A stretch of 57,348 nucleotides of DNA, counting the filler, from Sphacelaria rigidula (taxonomy: Eukaryota), in NCBI GenBank assembly GCA_964200075.2. It is 8 parts of 8 records of this genome, joined end to end, with 100 filler letters (N's around TTAATTAATTAA, not from the genome) between each part and the next. Parts side by side here need not be neighbours in the genome. Positions count along the whole stretch, not along the records: positions 7,182 to 14,262 come from CAXNAA020016584.1; positions 14,363 to 21,443 come from CAXNAA020016585.1; positions 21,544 to 28,624 come from CAXNAA020016586.1; 5 more parts are not named here. One strand, 5' to 3'. The notes below the pieces were generated by a model. It saw only the letters and a list, made by a program, of their open reading frames with translations, had not been told where the DNA came from and did no database searches. Numbering within the stretch: position 1 is the first letter of the stretch; each line of letters begins with the position of its first letter. Position numbers and translations under genes: made by a program. Positions 13,216 through 24,900 of this stretch are shown here, piece by piece.

Positions 13216-14362
13216 GAACGTACAGACAGTGTCGTACAGTAAGACAGTACAGTAGTACACAATCGCTCACTGTTCTCAACGAAGCATCTCCGGCTTCTCC
13301 TTGGTGTTTTTAATGGACACACACACAGTACAGAGGGAGAGCACACTCAGCATACCATACACACACTTGGCTGTAGGCTTGGAAGAGGGAGGTCAGGAGA
13401 GAGAGGAAGGCAGAGGCAGCAACACACAGCAGGACACAGCAACAACAGTAGATTCCAGACGCCTTGAATTAGGTTGTCGACGTAAAATATGCACCAGAAG
13501 GAAGGCACTCTCAGTAAACCGACATTTGTTCAGATCAATCGTGTTTCAGATGGACGACAGCTCGTTGTTGAGATGCTCCCAGAGTGATCGGGTAGGTGTA
13601 AGGGGGTGAACGTCGATTACGTACTTTAAGACCCCCTCCACCTCAGCTACGGACGGCGTCGGCACGCACACGCGAAGACAACGAAGAAAGCAGCAATGAA
13701 AGCTGAACCTTCTTGAGCGTGTTTGAAGTGATTCGGAGAGCTGATTGCTGCGTGTGATGCCCCCAACCTCCAAAAGTGCCTCGTTTGAAGTTGCAACAGT
13801 CAAGTCTGAGAAGTTCAATCAAGACTCGCTCTGGTCAAAAGGGGTCGAAATGGGGGTGTACATGTGTGCGCCCAGAGACAGAAGCGAAACACAATGCCAT
13901 GAGCATCAATGAAGCTGAAACTTGTCTGGGGCGTCTCGATTGATGTCAGAAGAGAGATGGGATGCTTTTTTTCGCGCAGCGCGGCTTTGAGTCAATTCGG
14001 GAACAAAAAGTGCGAAGTTCGGAGCTTCGTAGGGAGATCCGGACGGATAGGACAGGACATTGTTTTTCAATTTTGGTTCGGTAAAAGCCTTTTCAGCCCT
14101 AAGGGCCTCAAAGGAATTTTCTTCTCATCAACCTGAAAAAATAGGTATCTCTGTCGGGATTCAAACCGAAAATCTGCCGCCGTATAGGGCGCTATATCTG
14201 TAAGGTGTGGCGAAATCACGCCGTCACGGTTGAGTATATAGTGGATCCTGGATGATGACCAGNNNNNNNNNNNNNNNNNNNNNNNNNNNNNNNNNNNNNN
14301 NNNNNNTTAATTAATTAANNNNNNNNNNNNNNNNNNNNNNNNNNNNNNNNNNNNNNNNNNNN

Positions 14363-14490
14363 GATCGCGGGTGTCGGGTGGGGTGTGGGGAGGGTTTGTG
14401 GGTGTGGTTGTTTGTCTGACTTACTCATTTGTTGCTTGCCTTAGTCGTTTGAACATTGACCGCGCACCCCTTTCGAGACGGAGCACCGTT
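14363..14490 (-). repeat. 3' end of a second non-LTR retroelement family with a C-rich tail; copies at 19346-19391(+) and 50081-50167(+)
   Basis: Shared GGTCAATG(G/T)TCAAA(T/C)GACTAAGGCAAGCAACAAATGAGTA followed by C/A-rich tail, in two segments (three copies). Confidence 0.7.
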
Positions 14491-15000
14491 CCTCCTCCTA
14501 ATAGAAATACCTCCAACATTTAGGTGGTCAGTACGTTTCTTCCGTACATACACAAAATCGCTTTACATATCTTCTCCCCGTCCTGTTTCGCCGTCCGTGG
14601 CCACCATCTATCTCCCGATATAACGATCGTTTTTCCCGTACTATCTGGCGGGGGGGGGGGCTTCATGGGTACACTTTCTTGCTTGTAAGAGGGAACGAGG
14701 AAACTTGGGCCCTCACCTGCTGAGATCCTGGTGTATGACCGTGGGTACACGACTATATTTTGGGTTCAGCAAAGCGTTTGCCTTTGTGCGATTTGCAAAT
14801 ATAGTAACAAAGTAGTGGTACACCGTTCATTCTATCGCCTCTTATCTCCGAGAGAAACGACTGAACACATTCGAGCCGCGGCATGCTCCTTTCATCACGG
14901 CTCCAGGTGTATTGGAGAAACAACTGTATCCGACTTCAACCGACCGCGATGCAGCAGGACGGTGTCGAGCTTGTCCGAGCGATGGGGCTTCTAGCCTTAC

Positions 15001-18000
15001 CTCCGGTGGAATCGGCAAGCTCCCTCATTTCCATCGTGCCATCTTCCAAGAAATACGTGAGGATGTAAAGGTGAACTGATCCGGACACTCTTGCGCTGTC
15101 GTCCCATCTGCATGCACAGAGATGAGAAGAGGAAAGGTTGGAAGGCGGACGAACGATAACCCATGGCCTAGCCGGGAGAATTGAACGTCATTCTTGCAAC
15201 GAGGACAATAACAAAGGCGTCGTCGCCGTCGTCGTCGTCACGATAACAACAACAACAGAACACGCGAGACGCGGGGAGGGTACCCACTCAATACGTTTCG
15301 TCCTATCGACTACTGAATCACACCTGAGGAACATCCTCAGTGTTGCGGGGGGCTCCTGGCTCATGATGCTATCGCCCGCGAAATCTCCAAGGTAACCTCG
15401 GCTTCCGTTCGTATCACGGTCCCACGATTGCGACCACTCATGCTCGGGACCGCTGCCATCATAGTTGGAGAAATTGCCGCAAGAGGGTTCCGGAGCCTCG
15501 GGGCCTCTGGTCGAGCCCTGCTTCAGCCGAGCGCGGGGGATGGTGAAAGGATGATCAGTTGGAGCCACATACTCGGTAGAACCGGACAGGATAACACCAG
15601 ACGGACGTGTCCAAGGCAAATGGACGCAAACACCCGCTGAAGGAGACGCGAGGAAGGGGAAACACTGGAAAAGAAAAGGAAGAGGACGAACATAAGAAAC
15701 TCAAAAAGAGAGAAAATACCGGAAACTGAAAATGAAAAACACATGTCACAAAACAGAGAGTTTCGAGAACGATTTTTGTTTTTTGTCGGCTTAACCCTTG
15801 TCAACATAAATATCTCATGAAGTTCATTAACCCCCTTGACCGTCACGGTAGATCATCACCCATCTGTTGAATCAGCATCATCATCACTTGAAAAATGGTC
15901 TGAGACAGATTGCCCACCCTGGCGGTCAAACGTTCACAGCTTTTGATTAATCTTTGTTCACGGAAACACATGCGAAAATCAAAACGCTGAGAGAATTAGT
16001 GTGAGTTTGTGGCGGTGTCAAATTCATGAGGTCATGCATTGATGACATGTATGCTGACAAGAGAAAACGCGTTCGTAAGACTCTCTAATGACTGACTACT
16101 ACGACTATACCATTTATTGGGTAACAGGTTTGGGTCTCTATGTAACAGTGCTGGGGTATTTGCGCGCAACGTGTTTTGTGTCGGTGAAACTGATGACAGA
16201 GTGTACAGCACTGTAGTCGGTTTTGAGGGATATACTGTAGATGGTAAGATAGTGTTGACCTGTCTGGCCGGTGGAGAGAATGAGCGTCTTGAAAGTGTCG
16301 ATAGTAACAAGAACAAAGATCGCCGTTGTCGTCTTTGTCACGACAACTAGAGAGACAGGGTGTCGGTTGTTGATTATGTCCGTAGTCGGTGGCTCTGCGG
16401 TGCCCACTGGTGTGTATCCGTATCTACTCTGTTGCCCTGAATCCGTTGGGTCTTTTTCTTTTTCATCGTTTCATTGTATTTTGTTACATTTGTTCTTTAC
16501 TTTCCTCTTGTTTCCCTCTCTTTTTTTTTAGGTCGGCCATTTCTTTCTGTGCTTTGCTTCTGTTGACGTCTTTATTACTTTTTGTTTTTACGACTTAGTC
16601 TGCTTTGTCGTTCTATTCGACTTATATTTTTTCTCCTATTCCTTCTTTTCTTCAGAGCATGTTTCAGTTTCGTTTTTCTTGGGTACGTCTATCTTGAGAC
16701 CACGTCTGGACCCCTGGGGGGTCAGCTAAGGTGCGACAATCACTCAATCAATTAAAGGGAGGCGCGCGCTGGTGGGATGCGAAGGATCGCCGTGTTCATC
16801 ATGTTCCACCATTTTCATCGCAACAAGGCAACAATAGACCATGTCAGCGGCCAATAGTCGGTGTGATGTAATTGTGGCACCATAACCTATATCATCCTCG
16901 GTCGTTGTTCATGAAATAGATACACGTTGGTTGTATCAGACGGGTCAGAGAAGAACGTCGCGAAGTGAAGACAATATAGCTACAACTGATACGGGCGTTT
17001 CAACGGTTTTTTCGGGTAGGTGATATCTGGCGCTGAGCACAGGTCGATTGTTGGCGTTACGGTTCGATAATGAAGTTCTAAGTGTGGCCACTGTTGGTGT
17101 TGTGGTTCGGAGCGTCGGTTGTCGAGCGAGGTATTGAAGTTGCACAGGATCACACAAATGGCCAAGGGGTATCCTCCGATCACGAAATGGCGCATCTTGT
17201 TTCGAGTTATGACTATGGATTCTTAGTTCCTTGTCCACGATCCAGCGCCACACCCTCCGTCCGACACTAGTACGTCGTCCGGCTTCCCCAGCAACAACAG
17301 TTATCTGTAGAATACGGACTCTGAGCAACCTATCCATCAGGTTTCTTTTACTTTTTCTTAGTCTACTCTGTCTGTTCTACCTTTCTGCATTTGTTTTTTT
17401 CTTCAACGACTGTTTCCGTTTTGTTGTGTTTTATTATCGCTGGTACGTTTATGATGCAACCACGGTTGGATCCCTGGGAGATCTTTAAGAACCACGGCTG
17501 CATCCATTGGGGATCAGTCACTACTACCTTTACTTTTTTATTTGTCGCACTTTGAACTCCCCCCCCCCCTTCCTCGGGACGAGCCCGTGATGAATCAGCA
17601 CTCCCGTACCGCGTCAACTCACGTCAAACAAACTCAGTCGACTACTTTGTTTACTCACGTTCTCACGCTTCCCACGGTGGGAATCACATACTACGAAGAA
17701 AAAAACCCAACATATCGGGAATCGAACCCCCGTTCTCTCCACCCTAATGGCGACAGTCGGGCCATTACCCCACCGGGGCGCGGCGGTCAATGTGCGGAAA
17801 CAATCGATCGCATCAACCAACCAGGTACCTGACCTTCAGAAGTATGTGCAGCCTTGAAACTGCCACGTCGACTGTCTTTGTTTGATCGAGTCAGTTAAAG
17901 ACGCGCGGGTCAACGCAGACCCATCAGTTTCACCTTTGAGCCGTGGACAAGAGCCTGCCCCGGGGGACGCGCGCGTGGCGTTATCGAGAACGACGTGTCT

Positions 18001-19867
18001 ATGGCGGGGGCTGGCTCCGGTGGCTGCAGGCCTGGCAAGCACGTCCGTGTGAAGTCATCTGCATCGTACAGATGTATCCGGGTACCATTCACCTGGTTGT
18101 GAACAAAAAATCATCAGGGCCTGGGGTCCTTGAGGCTGTTTCGCTCGTAATCGTCGAAGGATGTGTCGAGGTTCCACTGCGATGCTTAACGAGGCCTTGC
18201 CTTAAATGGGATATGCTGCTCTCTGCTTGAGAACCATGAAGTCGGTATCGCAAAGAGGCCGGTCACAGGTACCGTTTTCTAGGCACACGGGCAAGATCGG
18301 GGGTCTCGTTCCAATCCTGGTTCTGCATCTTCTTGTGCTTTTTGCTTGAGGGCAGAGTATGGAGCGACCCAAATGTGCAAATGAGATCACTTGTAAAATG
18401 AGACGGGTATTCTTTGCAGGCTGAGCGGCAATTCCGTTCTCAGATATTGAACCCAATGATCGTGTGGGCCATCATTCTCCCCAATGTCGATATTTTTGCT
18501 GACGTATAAACTCTAGCGCGCTCCGCCGTACGCCCAACACCCGACACATACGCAAGGAGCACCGGAAAACCGGTCGCATCGACTCCCTCAATAATTCACC
18601 AAAATAGAAGACGAGATTGCACCTCGGTCGAGACATCAGGTATAGTAGCATCTGCGCGGCAGGGCAAAGACTGCGGGTACTTACCATGACATCGGCGCCC
18701 ACTCTGAAAGCGCTGAAAGGCGACCTCGACGGTCTACGGAGTGCGAGCATCCGGCCAGTGCCGGCCACGGCCGTCGTCTTGCACTCCATCACCTCGAGCG
18801 TGGAATCTTGTGGGTAGTAGTGGATGATTACCCGCCGAGGGTACACTTTCGCCTGCTTGTCGCGAAAATATAGTGTGTGTATGTATTTGCATCAAAGCAG
18901 ACTACTGAGCGACGGACGTGTGCATAGATTCGTAACAGGCACACTTGGTCTCTTTGAGGGCCGCGTGGCCATACCCTGGGACTTCGCGTGCATCGCTCCT
19001 TATTTGATATAATTGTGTGACCCTCCACCGGGACACTGCCAGTGCCCGTGCGTACGTACTGGCAGCCTGTTGCCTAATCGCACCTGGATTGTACTGTCTC
19101 ACGGCAAGTAGTACTCGCTGAACAAGAGCTAGAACGTCGCACGTTTTGTTGGCCAAAAAAGCAAGCGAATTTCACGCTGACGCTGACGCGGACGGCGACG
19201 GTGACAACGTACCGAATATAGTATTTCGTGCTACGTGGCATTTCTTATTGACAAGGTCACGCGACAAATTATACGGAGAGTGTCAAGGTTTGCAACGCGT
19301 GCAGGGTAACATGATGCTGTTCCTCTGGTACTGCCCCACCTATTGGTCAATGGTCAAATGACTAAGGCAAGCAACAAATGAGTACGCCCCCCCCCACCTA
19401 TTGTGTTCTGGTGTATTTGCTCCCAACAATAAAGGCGTACCAATATATAGCTGTATCAAGAACACGCTTATTAAACGGACTACTGCATCATCCCTACCGT
19501 TTAATAGGCAGTGATGTACGGATACCACGAGCAATACCGCCGACAAAAAAGAAGTCGTGGTGGCTCATACTTCGTTATCTCACCGTCCTCGCCTGTGGAA
19601 CGAGAGGAGCTATCAGGTAGCCAAAGAAGCGATACACTTTGTCCGCCTCGTCGTACCACGTGCCACGGGGGCTGATTGTCGCCGGAGGAGAGAAAGCAGG
19701 GGCGAACTGCTGATTGGTCGTCATCCATATCGAGGGCCTAGAGAGTGCGGTGCAAGAGCAACAGCGGTCAATGTGCAATTTATTTCGGCTGTTCATCACC
19801 TAGAACACTCAAAGTCGACGTTCTCAGATCTGAGCATCATGTCTCGCCGCACCGGTAAATCTTCCAT
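15001..19867 (-). CDS. Spliced EFHC1/EFHC2/RIB72-like DM10-domain protein (partial model). Exons 19867-19800, 19737-19584, 18852-18685, 18092-17934, [probable missing exon], 15636-15324, 15107-15001; 3' end unresolved
   Basis: GT-AG, phase-consistent splicing gives DM10 motifs DKVYRFFGYL...RRVIIHYYPQDSTLEVMECK...FRVGADVM|VNGTRIHLYDADDFTR, and a further repeat TLRMFLR|WDDSARVSGSVHLYILTYFLEDGTMEMRE. A phase mismatch between 17934 and 15636 implies another exon. Confidence 0.8.
17530..17790 (-). mobile_element. tRNA-derived SINE family B inside a DM10-gene intron
   Basis: Minus strand has A-box-like GGTGGGGTAATGG and B-box GGTTCGATTCCC. 3' end AGTTCAAAGTGCGACAA resembles the (AATC)n-family retroelement terminus. 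Confidence 0.55.
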
Positions 19868-21744
19868 TTGGCTGCTAGTGCTTGACAAAGAGAGTTCCTA
19901 TCCCCACGTGCCGCATTCTCCAGTAACAACCTCTCGCGCCAGATTGAGCGTCTAGCATCTGATTGAGAAAAGAGCTTTTCAGCCCATTTTCAGTTGAAAA
20001 GGGAGGGGAAATCATGCCGAGCGGCCATTTAGCGCCGAAGGTGTCCGTTAGTGTAACCGGCATATTTTCCACTTGAAACGTCCCTACGTGACCCATATTG
20101 CGAATCCTGGCGATCAAGGGGTTAGTCCCATCATTATCTACACTGTTTTTTCGGGGGTCCCTGAAATTTTGGGCGTTTCAGACCCGGCGCTCAGCGATCG
20201 AAGAAAATGAAGCGGCTTGATGTTTTCTCCCAAGCTTCACGTTGGGAGAAGCCCCAACACTTCGGATTGCAGCTAAACACTTTGCAGCGCTGCCCTGTGA
20301 GCACGCCGTGGCGCTCGCGAGTCGCAAGCGTGCGAGAGTCACCAAGAACATTGCTTTTGACAACCTAATCCATGTCGTAGAGTAAAAAACACTGTGGATT
20401 CGCAGTATCCATCTTCTTAGACGGTGTGCGCGTCGGTAGCGGTGGTGGAGCTGTTGGGGTCAAGTACAGTGGTCGTCGGTTGCGGACACACGCACTTTCA
20501 AAGTGAAGAGAAGAAACAATCCGGTAGCTACTTGCTTGCCTAATGTGCTGCTACGAGTGTACGCTACCGCACCGTCTGTAAAGGCTATAGCTGGTGGTGT
20601 AGCGGGTGTACCTATGCGTACAACTGACAGCACGCAAGCATGCTACAATCCTTGCGCGTGTTCTCTACAGTGGGTACATATAATTGTTTGCGCTGCTGCT
20701 GCATTCCGGGAGAGCCGGTCGATCACACCCTCGCCTTTCCGACTGCCCCCCCCGTTCACAGAGATTGCGAGAAAGATGTTTACCGTGCTTTTGAACGCCA
20801 AACACAAGCAGCCAGCGTCATTCTGTCCTTAATTTTGCTGGCGAAGGCAAGCAAACGACGAGATCCGCACTTAGTCCGCAATGGGATTTCCAACAGCAGC
20901 GGCATATCTTGACAATGATGACCCGTTGGGAGCTGCCCCAAATTTGATAACTTATCTTTAAAAACATATCTTCGATAATATTGGGCCTCAGTACTCCGAG
21001 GAGATAGTCGTTGGATGTATAAGCCAAAACTAAACAAACGCCAACATACGACTATTTGAAATCGCGGAGGGCCAGTAACCTACATTCGTATTTAACGTAT
21101 CAATCAGAAGAAGATATTTGGAATGCATGGCATTACGTGCGAGGTCTAGCCGGAAGGGTCTGAATGTTCCACGGCACATGAATGAAAAACATGTTCCGGT
21201 GGTTGATATCGCCATTCCCCTTCTTTTAATTAATGTTAGTTCAACATATATTTCCATTTTAGTACTCGTACAGCAGCTAACTACTCTAAATCTGATTCGT
21301 TTAACATCTTGACCGATACGGAGGTGATCTGTTGAATCGGCATGATTGCACTCGACATATTAGTGTTTCATCCACTTATGGGATACAACAGTGTTTTCGT
21401 GAGATTGAGAGTAGATGATACGATTGAGAGTGGCTTTGATCATNNNNNNNNNNNNNNNNNNNNNNNNNNNNNNNNNNNNNNNNNNNNTTAATTAATTAAN
21501 NNNNNNNNNNNNNNNNNNNNNNNNNNNNNNNNNNNNNNNNNNNCGGCAACCCACCAATCAAGTCCCCCCCCCCCCCCCCCCCGAGCCCTGGAAACCCCCG
21601 GATGTCTCGGGACTGTCAGCCTGTACAACTGTTCCGAGGCGACGCTCGTTGTCTGAGGGTTGAACAATGTTTCTCTGAAGACATGATCAATTTGATCAGT
21701 AGGAACGGTAGGAACAGCCACACACCGGTGCGCCCCGTGAGCGC

Positions 21745-22122
21745 GATGCTCCCGAGAGCTAACCCCACGTTGGCTGTAACCTTTGGTTGCCTCACCCAGG
21801 CCAGTAGCTCCTTTACCTTGTATCCCTGCCCTTCGGCGCCGCACTTCGCTTGGCTCATGTCATGGGCGCATAGTAGGAACAGCCACAATTTCCTGCTGAA
21901 TATTCCCTTACCGACCACCCTGGCACTGTGATACCACCGTAGGAGGGTGGTCGGCAAGGGAATGTTGACAGGAAATTGTGGTTTGTGTTTGCCATGCGCC
22001 CGTGATATGGCCATGGTGAAGTGCGGTTCTGGGAGGCAGGGATGCAAGGTGAAGAAGCTGTTGGCCTGGGTGAAAAAACCAAAGGTGGCAGCAGAGGTGG
22101 GAGTTTCCCTCGGAAGTACCAT
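21745..22122. repeat. Diverged inverted duplication (~175-bp arms, centre ~21933)
   Basis: CACAATTTCCTGCTGAATATTCCCTTACCGACCACCCT pairs with AGGGTGGTCGGCAAGGGAATGTTGACAGGAAATTGTG; pairing continues outward with mismatches. Confidence 0.85.
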
Positions 22123-22469
22123 AATCCTGACATAGCTGTTGTAGACAGGGTGTGGTGACCGACAAGAGAGGGCTGGTTTGGAAAATTCATAAACGATTGG
22201 TGAAGGGATACAATTACACATTCTTGAGGTAAGCCAACGACGCATGGTCTGCTGGCGTGAGATAATATCAGACATTGCGATCATCTTTGAAGTTTTTTTT
22301 TCGCTGTCGACTTTTTGTTCTTGTTGTACCCCAATGGTGACCTGTAATTGATGAACATTGGAGGAGACGAGGATGATTATTAGCCGATTTCATTGTAGTA
22401 AGTAATGATGCCAGCGTTGGAAGATTTTGGATTTGATACACGTTGACGCGAAAATACTTTCGGATCCTT

Positions 22470-24061
22470 CGTGTGTGTTGTGTTTGTTGTCTTCCCATTT
22501 GTTCTGGACGCTAGTCTAGACCTTTCGTTATAAGTGGGTGCACCAGTTCCGCACAGGCGCACGGAAGGAAGATCAATTCGGATTTTTTTACTCATCCATG
22601 AGCAAAATACTAGATTGCGTTCATCATCATCTATTTCAGCCCAAAAGTAGGAACACAGGTGAACGCACGCGTGAGTTGGAGCTGTCCGTGCTAGGCCCAA
22701 ACCACCCAAGAATCAATCCCCACGCAAACGCAAGGCGCTCACAGCCCATGCAGAGCATGTTTTCCAACTTCCGCGAAAAAAATATGACGATTTGCGGCCG
22801 AACGGCACCACCGGAAACAAGGGCCACGCAGGGTACCCTATTCTGTCCGATGATTGGGGTAGGTATTGCCACCAAAAACTACCACGTTGATATTGTACCC
22901 TATTTTGTCCCATGCCCTTCCCCTATAATATCCAAAGCGTTCCCATATTCGACCACCATCGGCCTTCCATAGCCCGCCGCCCGAACCCACCGCACGGCAC
23001 AAGATCGAATGGCCAAATAATGTCTGCCTTTCTCTTACCTCCTTCTACGGCCTGGAGACTCGAGACCCCGCCGTCGGTGATCTCCACTCCCAACAACCGA
23101 GACCCCTGCGGAGTGATTGACGCACCGCACGAACGGTGGTTGCGCGCGCGGGTACACGGCACGGCGAAGCTGCGAAATACAGGACATCATACGAACGGCA
23201 CGACATTTTCGTATTCCATAACGTTTTTGCCGCTTGTCCGCTCGCGTGCCCAACGGTCATGCGGTGTGTCAATCACTCCGCAGGGGTCTCGTTTTTCGGG
23301 GGTGGAGATCACCGACGGCAGGGTCTTGAGTCTCCAGGCCGTAAAAGGTGAGATAAGAGCATTTGTTGCAGACATTCTTCGGCCATTCGATTTTGTCCCG
23401 TGCGGGAGGGTTCGACGGCGGGTTGTGGAGGGCCGGTGGTTGTCATATACGGGTACGCTTTGGACACTATAGGGGACGGCATGAAACAAAATGGGGTACA
23501 ATATTAACGTGGTCATCAGTTTTTTGGTGGCAATACCTACCCTAATTTTCGGACAGAACAGAGTACTCTACCAAGCTCTTGTTTCCGGCGGGGCTATTTG
23601 GCCGCAAATCATTTTTTGTTTTTTCGCGGAAATTGGTGTATATGCTTTGCATGGGCTGTGGGCACCTTGCCTTTGCGTGGGGATTGATTCTTGGGTGATT
23701 TGAGCGTAGCACGGACAGCTCCAACGTGCGCGTGCGTTTAACTGTGTTCCTCCTTTCGGCTGAGATAGGTGATCATGTGCCCAATTTAGCCTTTTGCCCC
23801 CCCCTCCTTGTTTTGTTTTCGTACTCCACCTTCCTTCTGCGGTACTTGCCTTCATTTTCATTCCAAGAAGAGCCCAGCGTTCGTCTTCCCTCGTCGATCG
23901 TGACGAGCTTTTGACTAGATTGCGTTTTCACGCCAGTCGCTCCCCACTGTTGGACATGACGTGAGGAAAAATCTCAGATCGTGTGATTCCATCAAGATTC
24001 GAATCCACGTCCCAGCAGTCAGGAGGGTTCAAGGTTACCATCTGAGCCGCCCGGGCGACCA
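22470..24061 (-). mobile_element. SINE family A copy split by the foldback element (tail 22470-22599, head and body 23801-24061)
   Basis: Head GGTCGCCCGGGCGGCTCAGATGGTAACC...GGATTCGAATC at the right end and tail motifs at the left end are collinear with intact copies. Confidence 0.8.
22600..23800. mobile_element. Non-autonomous foldback (Mutator-like) element, an almost fully palindromic 1.2 kb
   Basis: Arms of ~550 bp starting GAGCAAAATACTAGATTG / GGGCAAAAGGCTAAATTG, centre ~23190. Flanks CTCATCCAT and CCCCTCCTT (6/9) are compatible with a decayed 9-bp TSD. Confidence 0.8.
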
Positions 24062-24439
24062 CTTTGCCTTTCTTGTAATCCTTGATTAACCCTTTTGGGA
24101 CTGAAGCTCACGAACACCATCTTCACCATGTGTTGATGAAATAATAAACAAGTCTGGGAGCGACCTGTCCAATCAGGGCGGGGCGAAATTCATCGACCAC
24201 ATCAGAACGACCACCGGGAGGGGGGCTGTCGCCGGGAGTGATGTCACCGCAAAGTTGGTGTACCCTGTCTCTGGGCCACAAAAAAGCCTTCGAAGCAAAA
24301 GAAGGCCCAAGTTGTGGGGGCTCGGATTCCCGATTTTTTAATCATTTACTTGCATTTTATGTAGGCCCGACCTCCCATCCCCCGAAATTGTTCTGGGTCA
24401 CCACTCCATAGTACACCCTAGTTGATAACACTAACACGT

Positions 24440-24900
24440 AGTGCTCGGGGGAAATGCGGGAATACATGTACCCTACTATATATGTGGTCATGTTCAAAAG
24501 GCGACTGAATCTGGCAACGCTGTGGGACTAGAGACGGAGCTAGAGGCATGAGTTCTGCGTACCCCTCGGTCGAAGCGGTATAAGCGGCGGTGGGGTCGTA
24601 TGTAATCGTTGGTAACGAACTTGCTGTGTATAGACAGCTGATCTCTGTCGTGGAGGACTGCCCAGAACATGTGAGGGAGTATGCAGCGGCAGCTGCTGCT
24701 GCATTCGGAAAGGCATGCTGCACTGTACTGTATCTGCGGCGCAACACCCATGCCGTTCGAAGAGAATCTGCCGCTAGCAACAACGAGGGAAATCGCGATT
24801 CACCCCGACCACAAAGGGCTGCGTGGCAAGGTGATGGGGACAGTATCGAAGGCCACAAGGGGCGGGCGCGGTTGCCACATCCTGTTGAAAGCTCTCCACC
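24440..24900 (+). pseudogene. Decayed MULE-type transposase core
   Basis: Frame-shifted fragments YPTIYV, NAVGL/DG, YPSVEA, then EIAIHPDHKGLRGKVMGTVSKA...GCHILLKAL, resembling MULE IISDRxKGL...CxxHLxxN in the right order. Confidence 0.35.

Noticed and set aside
20930..21150. hAT dimerisation-domain remnant (SKYL...VFS.G...LRPNIIEDMFLK)
   Set aside because: Needs several frameshifts; similarity too weak to call without a profile search.
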